Source of the DNA: Eledone cirrhosa | Lineage: Eukaryota | Assembly: GCA_964016885.1 (NCBI GenBank) | Contig: OZ024764.1 | Coordinates: 19,158,001-19,222,000, forward strand | DNA: 64,000 nucleotides | Direction of reading: 5' to 3' | Part shown: positions 38,141 through 52,700 of the stretch, one piece after another | How positions within the stretch are numbered: the stretch's first letter is position 1 | How the letters are laid out: each line of letters starts with the position of its first letter | Made by a program: the position numbers and the translations under genes | The notes under the pieces: model-generated | Databases searched by the model: none | Told to the model about the DNA's origin: nothing | Seen by the model: only the letters and a program-made list of their open reading frames with translations

Positions 38141-39106
38141 TTAAGATCTTATAATAGTTTCTGATTAAGACACAAGGTCGACAATGTTTGGGGGGAATAA
38201 GTTGATTAAATCAAACACAGTTCCTGTGAGATCACTTCTTTGATAGTTTGTTTAAAAATAACTGATTCACAATTTACGTATGAAAAGTTGACAAAGATTT
38301 ACAGGTGGTGTTATCAATAAATAGGGTCTTCAAAGTAGCAGGAAACGACTAGATTTATAGATAAAGAAGTGGGAGACAGGATTATCAGAGTTAAGAAGAG
38401 CTACACACTTCTCCAGTTGGCTGGGAAATAATTATTTTTCCTTAATTTTATTTCTCGACCTCTTAGATGTTTGCAATCGACTTTTCTTCCTGAAAACTGA
38501 AACCCTAACCCTAATACTGGGGAATAAAACGTCTATTGCAAGTATCGAAGGGGTCCAGAGAAAATATTGAAAAGGGGTCTAGAAAAAAATCTAAGAAAAA
38601 TAATTATTTCCCACCCAACGTGAGGTGTGAGTAGATCTGTGAAACTACATCTCTTTGTATACTTTCACCCTACTTTTTCTACAAATCTAGTCGTTTCCGT
38701 AAGGGTACCTGGTTATCTCAGCACCTTAGCCTCACCTTACTGAGGTGTCAGGTGATACCTGTGAGGGTTCCTGGTTATTTAAGCACCTTAGCCACACCTT
38801 ACCGAGGTGTCAGGTGATACCCGTGAGGGTACCTGGTTATTTCAACACCTTAGTAATGCTGCCAGTGTGTTGGCTTGCCTCAAAGTGTGTAGTTAACCCC
38901 TAAGGTGTGAGGTGTGGCCTATTATCACACTTGGTGGTGAATTGCCATCTCCCACTATGTTTTTCTTTCCTTTATCATTATTGTTCAATAAATTATATTA
39001 TTATACACAGTTTAGACAATATATTTTTAATGTCTTTCTCAAGGAATTGCCAGCAATTTATAATGTTATTTACACACGTTATTTATGTATATATTTAAAA
39101 CATATT

Positions 39107-39334
39107 CTAGTCGATCGACTTTCGTCAAATTGGACCGAGGAAACTATGTTTCCGTTGGTCTTTCCAATTGCTAATACTATCTATCGGTCGCAACTCCAGG
39201 TAGAAGGAGCAACGTGAAATAAAGTGTCTTGCTCAAGGACATAACGCATCGCCTGATTCAGGAATCGAACTCACAACCTCACGATTGTGAATCCAATACT
39301 CTAACCACTCAGCCACACGCCTTCACATTCTATC
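39107..39334 (-). mobile_element. Full-length tRNA-derived SINE with a 12-bp TSD
   Basis: A box TGGCTGAGTGG, B box GTTCGATTCC; TSD ttaaaacatatt at 39095-39106 and 39335-39346; absent at paralogous sites ~935, ~24535, ~54517. Confidence 0.92.
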
Positions 39335-39621
39335 TTAAAACATATTTACAACGTTATTCTACTGTAAATTTATACAATTGTAATAAAATATATTAATTAT
39401 ATCATCACATAATATAAAAACGACCTTTAGAATATTTAAATATTTAGTTTTGTTAATTTATTTTTCAGCAACAACAAAAGTTTTCACTTTAATTAATTAG
39501 AGGTAGGTAAAATATAGATAATTACGATAACATTTTATATTTCCAGTAATGAAACAAACAAGAAAATATATATTTGTGATGTGAAAAGTGAGCTTAAATC
39601 TACAATATTAATAGACATAAT

Positions 39622-39766
39622 ACTTACATTATAGTCTCAGGTGTTTAGTATTTACAGAAATGTTTTCTAAATGATATTGTAGGAAGACTAACACGTGGAC
39701 AGGAAGTCGACAACTGCACCACTGCGCATGCTTCAATGTCAAAGGTCAAGTTTTTGTGTGACGTAA
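39622..39766 (-). promoter_or_regulatory. Putative promoter and exon 1 of ZNF copy 2 (P3)
   Basis: CACGTG 39692-39697, CAGGAAGT, TGCGCATGC, TGACGTAA 39759-39766; donor at 39627-39622. Confidence 0.6.
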
Positions 39767-40176
39767 ATATTTTTACCGAATTAAATTATGTGAAGTTTGT
39801 AATAAAAACGTGGGTATGGTGTGGCGTGCGGTGGCCGGAAGCGGGGGATTGCCCGACCGGAAGGGTGCTTGGCCGGAAGGATGCTCGACCGGAAGGGCCA
39901 GCAGATGGCCCTTTCTAGTGGTGACCAGCAACGGTGTAGACGCGAGTTTTGGCATCTCCCGGTGTTAAGGAGTTGGACGCACGTGGGAGAGGAAAGACCA
40001 GCAGTGGAATTTAGCGGCGCCTATGAAAAGCGGTGACATAGCTTTTTCTAACCACAAGCTATTTCGGCACTGGAAACTGAGATCTGATTGAAAAAAAATA
40101 AATAAATAAAGCTACTGGAAAAACAGAGAGGAGTCTGTTGTTTTTTTTTATCACGTACCGCAAGACAAATTAGAAG

Positions 40177-40851
40177 ATGGCGTCAAGACTACGAACAAGC
40201 GAAGCTATCAGGGCATTTACCGGGGTAGGTGTTGTCGCTTGGCTGCGAAAAGTCCGGCTGGTCGCAAGCTTGCAGAAGATAGAAGATGTGGCTGGCCTCA
40301 TGGCACTGTACCTCGAGGGGGACGCGTTGGTACTCTTCCTTGAGTTGGACGAACACAGCCAAAGAGATGCGCAAAAGATTGAGAGGCGCATGATGGAAGC
40401 GTTCGCAGAGGCACCGTTAGCCGCTTTCGCTAAGCTGGCAAGAATTAGATGGAACGGTGAACACGTTGATATTTTCGCAGCGGAAATACGGCGATTGGCC
40501 ATGTTGGCTGGATATCAGGTGGAATGCGAATGCACAGTGCGGTTGGCGTTCATAAATGGATTTCCAGACGACATAGCGGTGAAACTGCAGCAAGTCCCGG
40601 GTTACAAAGAAATGGAAATGCATTCACTGGTGGAACAAGCCTGGATCATAGCAGAAGATGCCAAGAAGAGTGTTGCAGCGATAGCAACTACAGAGGCTCA
40701 AGACAGCTGGCAGCTAAATGGTGAAAGGGAGGCAACCACGGCACGCGGCCGCCCGCGAACGTTTAGAGGTCGTTGTTTTTGGTGCCAGGGACCGCACATG
40801 GCTAGAGACTGCAGAGAGTCAAGGCTGGAAATAATATGCTACCGGTATTAA
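40177..40851 (+). CDS. gag: Gypsy Gag
   Basis: 224-aa ORF with three substitutions relative to 1771-2445. Confidence 0.85.
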   Translation: MASRLRTSEAIRAFTGVGVVAWLRKVRLVASLQKIEDVAGLMALYLEGDALVLFLELDEHSQRDAQKIERRMMEAFAEAPLAAFAKLARIRWNGEHVDIFAAEIRRLAMLAGYQVECECTVRLAFINGFPDDIAVKLQQVPGYKEMEMHSLVEQAWIIAEDAKKSVAAIATTEAQDSWQLNGEREATTARGRPRTFRGRCFWCQGPHMARDCRESRLEIICYRY

Positions 40852-40923
40852 CTGCGACCAGGGAAACAATCCAAGGGGAACTACTGCGCCGGTAGTTTCC
40901 CCTTACGAGTAGAGGCGCTGCCC

Positions 40924-43637
40924 GTGGTGGAATTCTTCGTGAGGGGAAAGCCACAGCGAGCACTCGTGGACACGGGATGTTTGACGACACTGATGGCGCA
41001 GGGGTGGAGAGGGAAGAGCAGTGTAAGGGCAGTCGACGGCAGGAAAATTGAATGCCGAGGTCACAGCGAGATGGAAATAGCGGTACGGGGAAGGAAAGTA
41101 AGGTGGATGGGATTGGCGTGGTTATGGGCATGGACGCAATTGGCCGTCTAGGAGGCGTCACAGTGAACAACGTCGGTGTGTCGTTTGGCGCCGCTGCATC
41201 GGTATGCGCTGTGAGTGCACGTCATGAGAACCAAAAGGCCCACGAGGAGAAATACCCCGCTTACACTGTACAGGACAAAGACTTCAAGGCCGTGTACAAT
41301 GGGTTGTTGAGTGGTACTGGAAGGGAGAACCACCAACACTGAAGACCAAAGTGGGCTGCTATCAACACACATTGAAAGGAAACTATTAGGAGCGAGTTCG
41401 AGCGAGAGGTAGAGAGATGGATTGAGGAGGGCATACTGCTTCCCTGGAAAGAGGAGGTGAAGTGCAGAGTATTGCCGTTAATGGCGGTGGCGCAACCCAC
41501 GAAGAACAAGGTGAGGCCGGTGCTGGACTTTCGGGAGCTGAACGAGCACCTGTCATGCCACACGGGTGGCGAGGTCACGGATGTCTGTGGGGAAACCCTG
41601 CGTGAGTGGAGACGCATGACAGGGGGTTCAGCAATCGTAGATCTAAAGTCGGCTTACTTGCAATTGCATATAGATGAGAAGCTCTGGCAGTATCAGCTGG
41701 TCAGGTATAAGGGCCAGACATATTGCCTGACCAAGCTCGGATTCGGGCTGAACTCCGCACCGAAGATCATGGCGGCGGTCCTCAAGACCATTCTGGGAAA
41801 GGCCGACAAGATGAAGTGGGCCACTAACTCCTATATTGACGACATCCTAGTGGACGAGTCTGTGGTGGTGGCGGCGGAGGTCACGAGCCATTTACAGGGG
41901 TATGGACTGGCTGCGAAGCCGTCAGAAGCGTTGGAGGGAGGAGCCGCGCTGGGACTTAGGCTACGGCGAGACAGGACGGGCGTCTTGGTATTCCAGAGGG
42001 GAAATGAAGTTCCAGAACTGGGCCCAAGTATGAGTAGGCGGGAGCTTTTCTCGGTGTGTGGAAAGTTGGTGGGTCACTACCCGATTGCTGGGTGGCTCCG
42101 GACGGCATGCAGCTATGTCAAGAGACGAGCGGGAGGGGTGACTTGGAGTGACAGAGCGGGAGAGAGGACGGTGGCCATGATGCAGGAGATCGTGGGGAGG
42201 GTGAAGGCCGACGACCCAGTGCGGCGACGCTGGTATGTTCCCAAATCACAGAGCGGGACCGTATGGTGCGATGCCAGCAGCATAGCGCTGGGTGTCACGT
42301 TGGAGATAGGAGGTGTTGAGGTCGAGAATGCATCAATGTGGCCGAACTGGACGCAGTGTTGAGAGGGGTGAACCTCGCCCTGAGGTGGGGACTGCGCACC
42401 ATCGAGAAATGCACCGACTCGGCTACTGTACTCGGATGGGTGAGATCAGTGCTCACCAGTGAGAAGAGAGGCGCGGCGGAGATGCTGATAAAGCGCCGCC
42501 TGGGAACTTTAGGAGAGCTGGCCACCGAGTTCGTTCTGAGGCTGAGCGTAGTTTTCGTGCCCTCAGAGAAAAATAGGGCGGACATCTTAACTAGGGTGAA
42601 GAAAGCCTGGATGGAAGCGCCGGAGGAGGTAGAAGATGAGATAGCTGCCGTGTGTCGGCTGACCGAGTCGGATCTGAAAGGGTTGCATGACATGCACCAC
42701 ATGGGAGTGGATAGGAGCCTGTTCCTAGCCAGGAGAATCGACTCGGACGTTAACAGTCTCAGTGTTCAAAGGGTGGTTAGAGGCTGCGTCCGATGCCAGT
42801 CCATTGATTCCGCCCCGGGTGTACACGAAACGGGAAGCCTCCCAGTGGATCGCGACTGGAAGCAATTGGCGGTGGATGTAACGCACTACCGACAGGGAAC
42901 ATACCTCTCGATGGTCAACTGTGGACCAGGACAGATGGCGATATGGAGGGAGATGAAGACTGGAACGGCCGAGGAAATCATGCGGGCGTTGAGAGGTGTT
43001 CTTGGAGCGGGGCCCTGTGGACGAACTGCTGATGGACAACGGCGCAGCGTTCCACTCGGAGGCACTGAGGGAGATGCTCGATGGATGGAAGGTGGACGTT
43101 TCTTCAGAGCGGCGCACAGGCCGAGCGGGAATGGAATCGTGGAGCGACACCACCGGACGATCAAGGCAATGGCGGAGCGGGGCCATATCTCACCAATGGA
43201 GGCAGTGTTCTGGTACAATGTCCCCTCGGGTTGGACAGGTCGAGGAATCGGTGCCACATAGAGCAGTATTCAAATACGAGTGGCGGCACCCGTGCACGCC
43301 ACCACAACGGCCAGTGGGGAGAGAGAGTGCATTCGTGCAGGTAGGCGAAGAAGTCTGGGTTAAGCCCCCAGATGCACGTTGCACATCTCAATGGGGAAGG
43401 GGAACAGTGACGGCCGTAAATTCAAAGAAAAATGTGTCCGTGGACGGGGTGCCACGTCATGTCCTGGACGTAAGAAGAATCACTGTGTCGACGGACTCCG
43501 AGGAAGAGGAAACCCAAGATGAGGTGGGAACCCAGAGCTCTGCCCCAATACTACGAAGATCGCAACAAAGTCGTAGACCACCGACCTGGACAGCAGACTT
43601 TCATATGCAGAGGGACGAGGGGGAAATTGATCCTTGA
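40924..43637 (+). pseudogene. pol: Gypsy pol, frameshifted
   Basis: PR LVDTG, RT YIDD (ORF 41457-42362), RNase H and integrase (42338-43637) split over several frames. Confidence 0.9.
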
Positions 43638-45474
43638 GATCAGGGGGGGGCGTGTGGGTATGGTGTGGCGTGCGGTGGCCGGAGGCGAGGGAATGCTCGA
43701 CCGGAAGGTGTTTGGCTGGAAGGATGCTCGACCGGAAGGGCCAGCAGAGGGCCTCTCTCTAGTGGTGACCAGCAAACGGTGTGGACGCGAGTTTTGGGCA
43801 GCTCCCGGTGTTAAGCAGTTGGAGGCACGTGGAAGAGGAGTAACCTGCAGTGGAATTTAACGGCGCCTGTGAAAAGCGGTGAGATAGCTTTTTCTAACCA
43901 CACATTCTAAACCTAAAACTCTGTGATTGTGTCTTGTCTGTAATGTAATACAGCCAAAACGGGGCATAACGGGAAAATAGTTTGAAAGGAAGTTGACCCT
44001 GAAATGGGAACACAAACGGGATAAAATAAGTTTCACGTAGATCAGAGCACAGGTTCCCGAGATATGGGAAAGATAATGGGTGTGTGAGTGAGAGAGCTGT
44101 TGGTGTTGTTGAACGAAATTTTTAAATTATAACAAGCGACTTGTGTGTGAGTCTGTGACATATATATATACACACACACACATGTATATATACACACACG
44201 CATATATATATATATACATGGGCCTACCTACTAAATTCATTTTACATTATAGACATGTCTGTGTATATTTTAATTATTTAAAAATTATTTTTAAAGGGAA
44301 CGTCACCCAACAGGTCACAGGGTTTCTAGTAAGATTATAAATATAAACACACAAAAAGATAGAATCAACTCAAACGTTTAATATCTCAGACCTCAGTAGA
44401 TTACTGGAACTTTAATTTATCCACCCCGTTAGAATGAAAGACAAAGTTAACTTTGGTGGGATTTGAACTCATAATATAAAGGGTTGAAATCCCGCCGAGG
44501 TTAGCTTTGCCCTTCATCTTTACGGGGTTGATTTAAGATCTAATAATAGTTTCTGATTTAGACACAAGGTCGACAATGTTTGGGGGGAATAAGTTGATTA
44601 AATCAAACACAGTTACCGTGAGATCACTTCTTTGATAGTTTGTTTAAAAATAACTGATTCACAATTTACGTATGAAAAGTTGACAAAGATTTACAAGTGG
44701 TGTTATCAATAAATAGGGCCTTCAAAGTTGCAGGAAACGACTAGATTTGTAGATAAAGAAGTGGGAGACAGGATTATCAGAGTTAAGAAGAGCTACACAC
44801 TTCTCCAGTTGGCTGGGAAATAATTATCTTTCCTTATTATTTTTCTCGACCTCTTAAATGTTTGCAATCGAATTTTCTTCCAGAAAACGGAAACCCTTAC
44901 CCTAATACTGGGGAATAAAACGTCTATTGCAAGTATCTAAGGGGTCCAGAGAAAATATTGAAAAGGGGTCTAGAAAAAAATCTAAGAAAAATAATTATTT
45001 CCCACCCAACGTAAGGTGTGAGTAGATCTGTGAAACTACATCTCTTTGTATACTTTCACCCTACTTTTTCTACAAATCTAGTCGTTTCCGTGAGGGTACC
45101 TCGTTATTTAAGCACCTGAGCCTCACGATACTGAGGTGTCAGGTGATACCCGTGAGGGTACCTGGTTATTTCAGCACCTTAGCCTCACCTTACTGAGGTG
45201 TCAGGTGATACCCGTGAGGGTACCTGGTTATTTAAGCACCTTAGCTTCACCTTACTGAGGTGTTAGGTGACACCCGTGAGGGTACCTGGTTATTTCAGCA
45301 CCTTAGCCTCACCTTACTGAGGTGTCAGGTGATACCCGTGTGGGTACCTGGTTATTTAATCACCTTAGCCTCACCATCACCCGTGGTATTGCTGCCAGTG
45401 TGTAGTTAACCCCTAAGGTGTGAGGTAAAATATAGATAATTAGCATAACATTTTATATTTCCAGTAATGAAACA

Positions 45475-46174
45475 CCATATCAATTGCTCCAATGCAGTTG
45501 ATCATCTCGCCAAACTTGTTGGCACCAACTCTCTGTCGCCAAAGACTGCAATGTAAGATTGAAATAAAGCAGCTCTGGTACCATGTTGGCTCTCGTCGAT
45601 CGAGACAATGATGGACTCACCATTGTCATCGAAGCCTCCAAGTTGTTGGCGATTTTCCTCCAAATATTGCTCGCAAATGTCTCGAATAAAATTGCACCAG
45701 TCAATAATTGTCGGTTGGGAGACTCCCGTTTCTCGAATCATCTCAGCTTGTGTATAATTGTAGCACCACATGTATAAAATAAAAATAAGGTGATCGAGTG
45801 GCACATGGCTTCCTTGAAAAAAACAATTATGTCGCACTGCTTGGGAGACATTGTCGGGGTTACATCGCCATCTCCATTTCTTGTGAGTCTCAGAATAATG
45901 GTTTAATGTGCAGGTTTCATTACAAACAGGACAATTGACACTGTCACTGCCGTCTTACCAGCCACTCTAACATAGATTGTCACCGTGTATGACAGGTATA
46001 AGAGTAACAAGTGTAATATTCTCATTAACGATGTCATTTACATCCAAAACATCAACTAACGTAGTGCCAGCCCGTAGTCGTCCAACCAGTTTTTGTATTC
46101 AGATAAACAATAGTTTTTAATGAATCGAAAATGAAAATAAATTTCATTTCTGACGTGAGACTTAAGGTTGAGCG
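45475..46174 (-). mobile_element. Merlin/ISXO2-like transposase fragment
   Basis: IIDWCNFIRDICEQYL...LGG...IVSIDES; interrupts aatgaaaca|aagaaaatatat, which is contiguous in the other units; no TIR recognised. Confidence 0.75.
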
Positions 46175-46236
46175 AAGAAAATATATATTTGTGATGTGAA
46201 AAGTGAGCTTAAATCTACAATATTAATAGACATAAT

Positions 46237-46369
46237 ACTTACATTATAGTTTCAGGTATTTAGTATTTACAGAAATGTTTTCTAAATGTTGTTGTAGGAA
46301 GACTAACACGTGGACAGGAAGTCGACAACTGCACCACTGCGCATGCTTCAATGTTTTTTTGTGACGTAA
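46237..46369 (-). promoter_or_regulatory. Promoter and exon 1 copy P4, with no ZNF exon of its own
   Basis: CACGTG 46307-46312, CAGGAAGT, TGCGCATGC, TGACGTAA 46362-46369; donor at 46242-46237. Confidence 0.55.
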
Positions 46370-47580
46370 AAATATTTTTACCGAATTAAATTATGTAAAG
46401 TTTGTAATAATAAAATGAAGTTGAAAACAGTAAATGGAATTAAAATAGAGAAAGTAAGGTGTTGGTGGTGAGGAATGGACGGTAGACGTTTTACCTCAGT
46501 CTAGGTAGTGTATTTTACCTGTGTCACTCGGACAATAGCCAGCGATGACCACTACACCAACCACTCTCTCCTTCAGATGGTGTCCACTTTCGTGAGTCTG
46601 TAGAATAACAGGGCAGTGGGAAGACAGAGGACAGCAGAGGAGGTCTTGACTTGAAAAGAGTATCACTTGATACCTCTATATAACCTGTTGGTAGAAATAG
46701 TAGGGTGCTGGATCAATCGAGTACCCTGGCAGAGATCACCGGGTATCTCGGGTCATATGGAGGCTAAGTTGCCAGAACAGCTAAGTACCCTGACAGAGAT
46801 CACCGTGTATCTCGGTAAGATCGGGTCATATGGAGGCTAAGCTACCAGAACAGCTAAGTACCATCACAAGAGTCATCGGGTATCTCGGTAAGATCTGGTT
46901 ATAAGGAAGCTAAGCTACCAGAACAGCTAAGTACACTGACAGAGATCACCGGGTATCTCAGTAAAATCTTGTCATATCGAGGCTAAACCACCCAAACAGC
47001 TAAGTACCCTCACAAGAGTCATCGGGTACTTCGGTAAAGCCAGCTGCCAACAGTGACCACAACTTCGTTGTCAGCAGCCCAGCTTCTCAAACATCACAGA
47101 CTGGAATAAATACTTTGCCGATAATTACTGGTAGTTTAACTTTTATTTCGTTCGTCTACAGAAGCAATGACCCTCACTTTTACTACAGCATGTAGGATGT
47201 GGGAGGGAGACAAAAACATCACTAACTGGGGTCTCACAAATGTGACAGTTAGTTTTCAAAATACATATACAAGATACAAGACAAATGACTAGACTGAAAT
47301 ATATTTGATAGGGAATAAAGAGTAGAATATTCTAGTCTGTGGTGTTGGAGAAGTTTGGAGGAGATAGGTCCCTGATAACGAGGTTCTTGTTATCATTGGC
47401 AGCTCTCCTTACTGAGGTGTCAGGTGATACATATGAGGGTGTTTGGTAGTTCCAACATCTTAGCCTTGCTATCACTCGAGGTAAGACTGTCTCAGAAAGT
47501 ATACATCCATATATTGCGAGGAGAAAAATATTAAAACTGTGAATTATGTGAGAAACTGAGGTGATTGATATCTTTTATGA

Positions 47581-48668
<1,088 letters not shown>

Positions 48669-49525
48669 AAATATATTTAAAGATGATACAAACTGTTTTG
48701 TAGATCTCTTCAAGTTTAATATACATATAAAATTATTTTGTACATATTCCTGACAGTGAAGAATCTAATTTTTCTGGTCTTCATTTGATTAGTTATTCCT
48801 GTAATAATGGAAATATTTCTACTCCTGTAGTTCCATCAACTATCATCTTTGTCAATATATGAAGATCTTACAAAATCATGTGTAATTGAGTTTACAAGAA
48901 ATATTTCACAGTATTTCTCCCATAGATTTATATAAACAAGGTTGTATCTGTTCTGTATAACAGCTTCCTTTAGTCTTTAAATAATGGTGTTGATGAAATA
49001 ACTGATATAAAAGTGTTTTATCTTTTTCATACCAGTCTTTATATTTATCTAAAAACTTTCCATTGTAACTTCATGAAATTGTGCAAAGTTATGTTCCAAA
49101 TAGCAGCTTAAACTGAGAAATTTAGTTATATTACTAAATCCCTTCAAAGTGTTGAGTGTTTTCAAAATTATTTGAAAATGATGGGTAGTGTCTTTCATTA
49201 GAAATGGTTAATGTTGAGGATATGTCTGATGTAACGTGCTCTTTAATGCCAATGTCCTCTGGTATTCTGAAATAATAAAAGAACATTATAAGATACTCAG
49301 AAACTTGTAATAACTGTATTACCCTATGATGATACTATAACATTATAAACCTAAAATTCTGTGATTGTGTCTTGTCTGTAATGTAATACAGCCAAAATGG
49401 GGCATAATGGGGAAATAGTTTGAAAGGAAGTTGACACTGAAATGGGAATACAGATGGGATAAAATAAGTTTCATGTAAATCAGAGCACAGGTTCCCGAGA
49501 TATGGGGTTTTTCAGGTACCTTCAT

Positions 49526-49528
<3 letters not shown>

Positions 49529-49611
<83 letters not shown>

Positions 49612-49625
49612 TGAGAGAGAGATAG
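49529..49625. repeat. (GA)n microsatellite expanded inside a Helitron
   Basis: Direct reading; only a few GA units in the paralog at ~37714. Confidence 0.95.
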
Positions 49626-49714
49626 AGTAAGAAAGCTGGTGGTGTTGTTGAACGAAAAATTTTAAAATTATAACAAGAGACTTGTGTGTGTGCGTCTGTG
49701 AGAGACACTCCCAT

Positions 49715-52700
49715 TATCATCATCATCATCATCAACGTTTAACGTCCGTGTTCCACGCTTGCATGGGTTTGGACGGGGGTATTCCCACTTGAGGCAAGAG
49801 TGATTGTCTTGCTCGCATAGGACTGTCTGGCGGGTTTTCTACAGTTGGATGCCCTTCCTAACACCAACCACATTTACAGTATGGAACTGGGAGGTTTTTA
49901 CCGTGTTACCTACACGGCCACATTACAGCGTGGACTGTGTGTTTTTTTGTCGTGACACCTACACGATCTCATTTGTTTCGGCCTGGATGGTGTGGCACCA
50001 ACATAACTTTACATAGGAGGGGGTGGTGTGGATGGGGTGGGGGGACGGGGGTTATTTTGTTAGAGATGCCTACTGGCTGTAGTAGGTTTTACTATGTATT
50101 TAGGCAAGGCGGGTCTTCCCTATTACTGAGTACCGCCAAAGGTCTCGGTCCAGTGACATTGTCTTGGAGAGGTGTAAGTGTGTGAGGTCGGAGTTTATCA
50201 GCTCGTCCCAGGATTTTCTAGGTCTGCCTATTCCGTGGCTACCGTCTATCTTTATTGCCCTGCACTTTGTTATACAGCTATCGACTTTCATGCGCATCAC
50301 GTGTCCATACCAACGTAGCCTTCTCTCGAGTAAACAACATCTGATCCCTCTTATTTCTAATTTTTTCCTTAGTTCGTTTATGCTTTGCCGTTCGCGTATA
50401 TTACTATGACACATCCAACGGAGCATGCAAGCTTCGTTCCTCTCTAGTCTGCGTATATCCTCTGCACACAATGCCCAGGTCTCACTGCCATGCAACATTG
50501 CTGTTCGTATGCAGGCATCATACAACCTGCCTTTCATTTTTAGGGAGAACCCTTTAGCGGCTAATAGTGGTATAAGCTCTCTGAACTTTTTCCATCCAGT
50601 TCTGACTCTAGCTACTGTACTTTCAGAGCACCCTTCCCCACTGCTGATTTTGTCACCCAGGTAACGGAAGCTGTCCACTATTTCTATAGAGCCCTCTGCG
50701 CAGTTGTAAGAGCTAGTATTTTGTGGGCACTCGCTGCTACTTATTGCACCAGAGCACCGCCCACATGTAAAATCTATGTTCTTAGTTAGCTTACCTGTGA
50801 TCCCACTACATCTTTTATGCACCCATACTTTGCATTTGGGACATAAAATGGAGTTTCTACCTACGCCTTTCCTACACACTGAGCATGGCTATTTCCCGGA
50901 AGGGACCGCCGCCTTATTTTCTTTCCTACAAACTAGAACTTTAGTCTTAGCCAGGTTAATTTTAAGGCCTTTTGATTCTAGGCCGTGCTTCCATGTTTGG
51001 AATTTCTTCTCTAGCTCGGCCATTGATTCAGCTATGAGCGTTAGATCATCTGCGTATAGGAGTTCCCATGGGCAGCCGGTCTTGAACTCCTCTGTTATAG
51101 CCTGAAGGGCAATAATAAATAGTAGGGGGCTGAGAATAGAGCCCTGATGGACGCCAACTTTTACGCTAAACTCTTCACTATATTCCTTAATTCTAACCGT
51201 GCTGGCTGTTTCTTTATACAAAGCTTGTATAGCTCTCACAAGCCATTCGTCGACACCTAGTTTTCTAAGGGCCCACCAGATAATGGAACGGGGGACTCTG
51301 TCGAAGGCTTTCTCCAAGTCGACAAAAGCTAAGTAGAGGGGTTTACCTTTAGCTAGGTACTTCTCCTGTAGTTGACGTACAATGAAAAGAGCGTCTGTGG
51401 TACTTTTGCCTGACACAAACCCGAACTGCATTTCATCTAGGTCAATTCTCTCTCTGATTAGTTGCGCTATTACTTTTTCCGTGACCTTCATGACCTGGTC
51501 GATTAATTTAATGCCTCTATAGTTACTCCTATCTAGGGCATCTCCTTTACCCTTATAACAGTTAACGATGATGCTGCTATGCCAGTCCTTCGGAACAACC
51601 CCATTCTGTACGACTTGGTTAACTATCCGGGTGACCATGGTGTGTCCCACCGTGCCAGATGCCTTCAGCATCTCAGCAACTATTTCCGAAGGCCCAGCCG
51701 CCTTACCCGTCTTCATATCCTTCATTGCCTTACTTATTATACTACCCTCGACTAACACTGCTGGTCCCTCTATTGGGTCGATATGGGGGAGACTGTCTTT
51801 CTCCCATTTATTGTCCTCATTTAGTAGCCTTTCATAGTGACACTTCCAAGCTACCTTCTTATCAGCGTCGGTGATGGCAAGTACGCCGTCATCATTAAGT
51901 ACACACTTCTCCCCGACAATATCACGGTTTTCCTTGACACATTGCCTAGCAATCCTGAACACCTCACGTTTTTGGTCCTCGCGTTGTAGAACATGCTTGA
52001 ACTTTCTTTCCTCTGCTTCCCTTCTTGCAAAGTACACTTGTCTCCTAGCTTCCCTCCTGGCCACTTGATAGTCTTCTCTACTTCCCCCATCCCGCCATAC
52101 TTTCCAAGCCTGCTTTTTGGCCTTAATTGACCCCTCCACCTTACTGTTCCACCACCATGTTACTCTCCTCCTGCCAACAGGCCTGCTCCAGCCACAGACT
52201 TCATCTGTCGCCATCAGCAGGTTTGCTTTCAGAAATTCCCACTGTCCCTCTATATTGTCCGACTCTAATTGCTCTTCCTTACTGTCGAAAGCATCAAGTA
52301 ATATGCTTTGAAATTTATTTCTGGCTGTGGGGTCCTTTAGCTTCCATATTTTTCTCCTGAGGATAGTCCTCTTCTGCTGTCGAGTACGTCTCGTCCTGAC
52401 TATGAGGTCGCTAATTATCAGTCTATGTTGGGAGGTGCATTCTTCATGCACAGGGGAAGGGATTTAGTGTTTACAACAGACACTCTGTCACGTGTTCTGG
52501 TAAGGATATAATCTACCTGGCTTGTGTGTTCCCCGGATCTATAGGTGATCAGGTGATTGTCACGTTTTTTGAAGTTAGTGTTACAGATAGTTATGTTATT
52601 TGCGTCACAGAATTCCAGGATTCTGGAGCCTTCCTCATTTCTGGTACCAAACCCATAGCCTCCATGGACTTCGTCGTAGCCGTCACAATGTTGTCCAACG

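Larger units (their letters stand above)
39809..43902 (+). mobile_element. Ty3/Gypsy LTR retrotransposon (copy 2, chimeric)
   Basis: 5' LTR 39809-40056; PPT; 3' LTR 43653-43902 (TGTGG...CCACA); no matching TSD. Confidence 0.95.

Noticed and set aside
39250-39325. tRNA gene
   Set aside because: The A/B boxes belong to a TSD-flanked SINE head; no complete cloverleaf seen.
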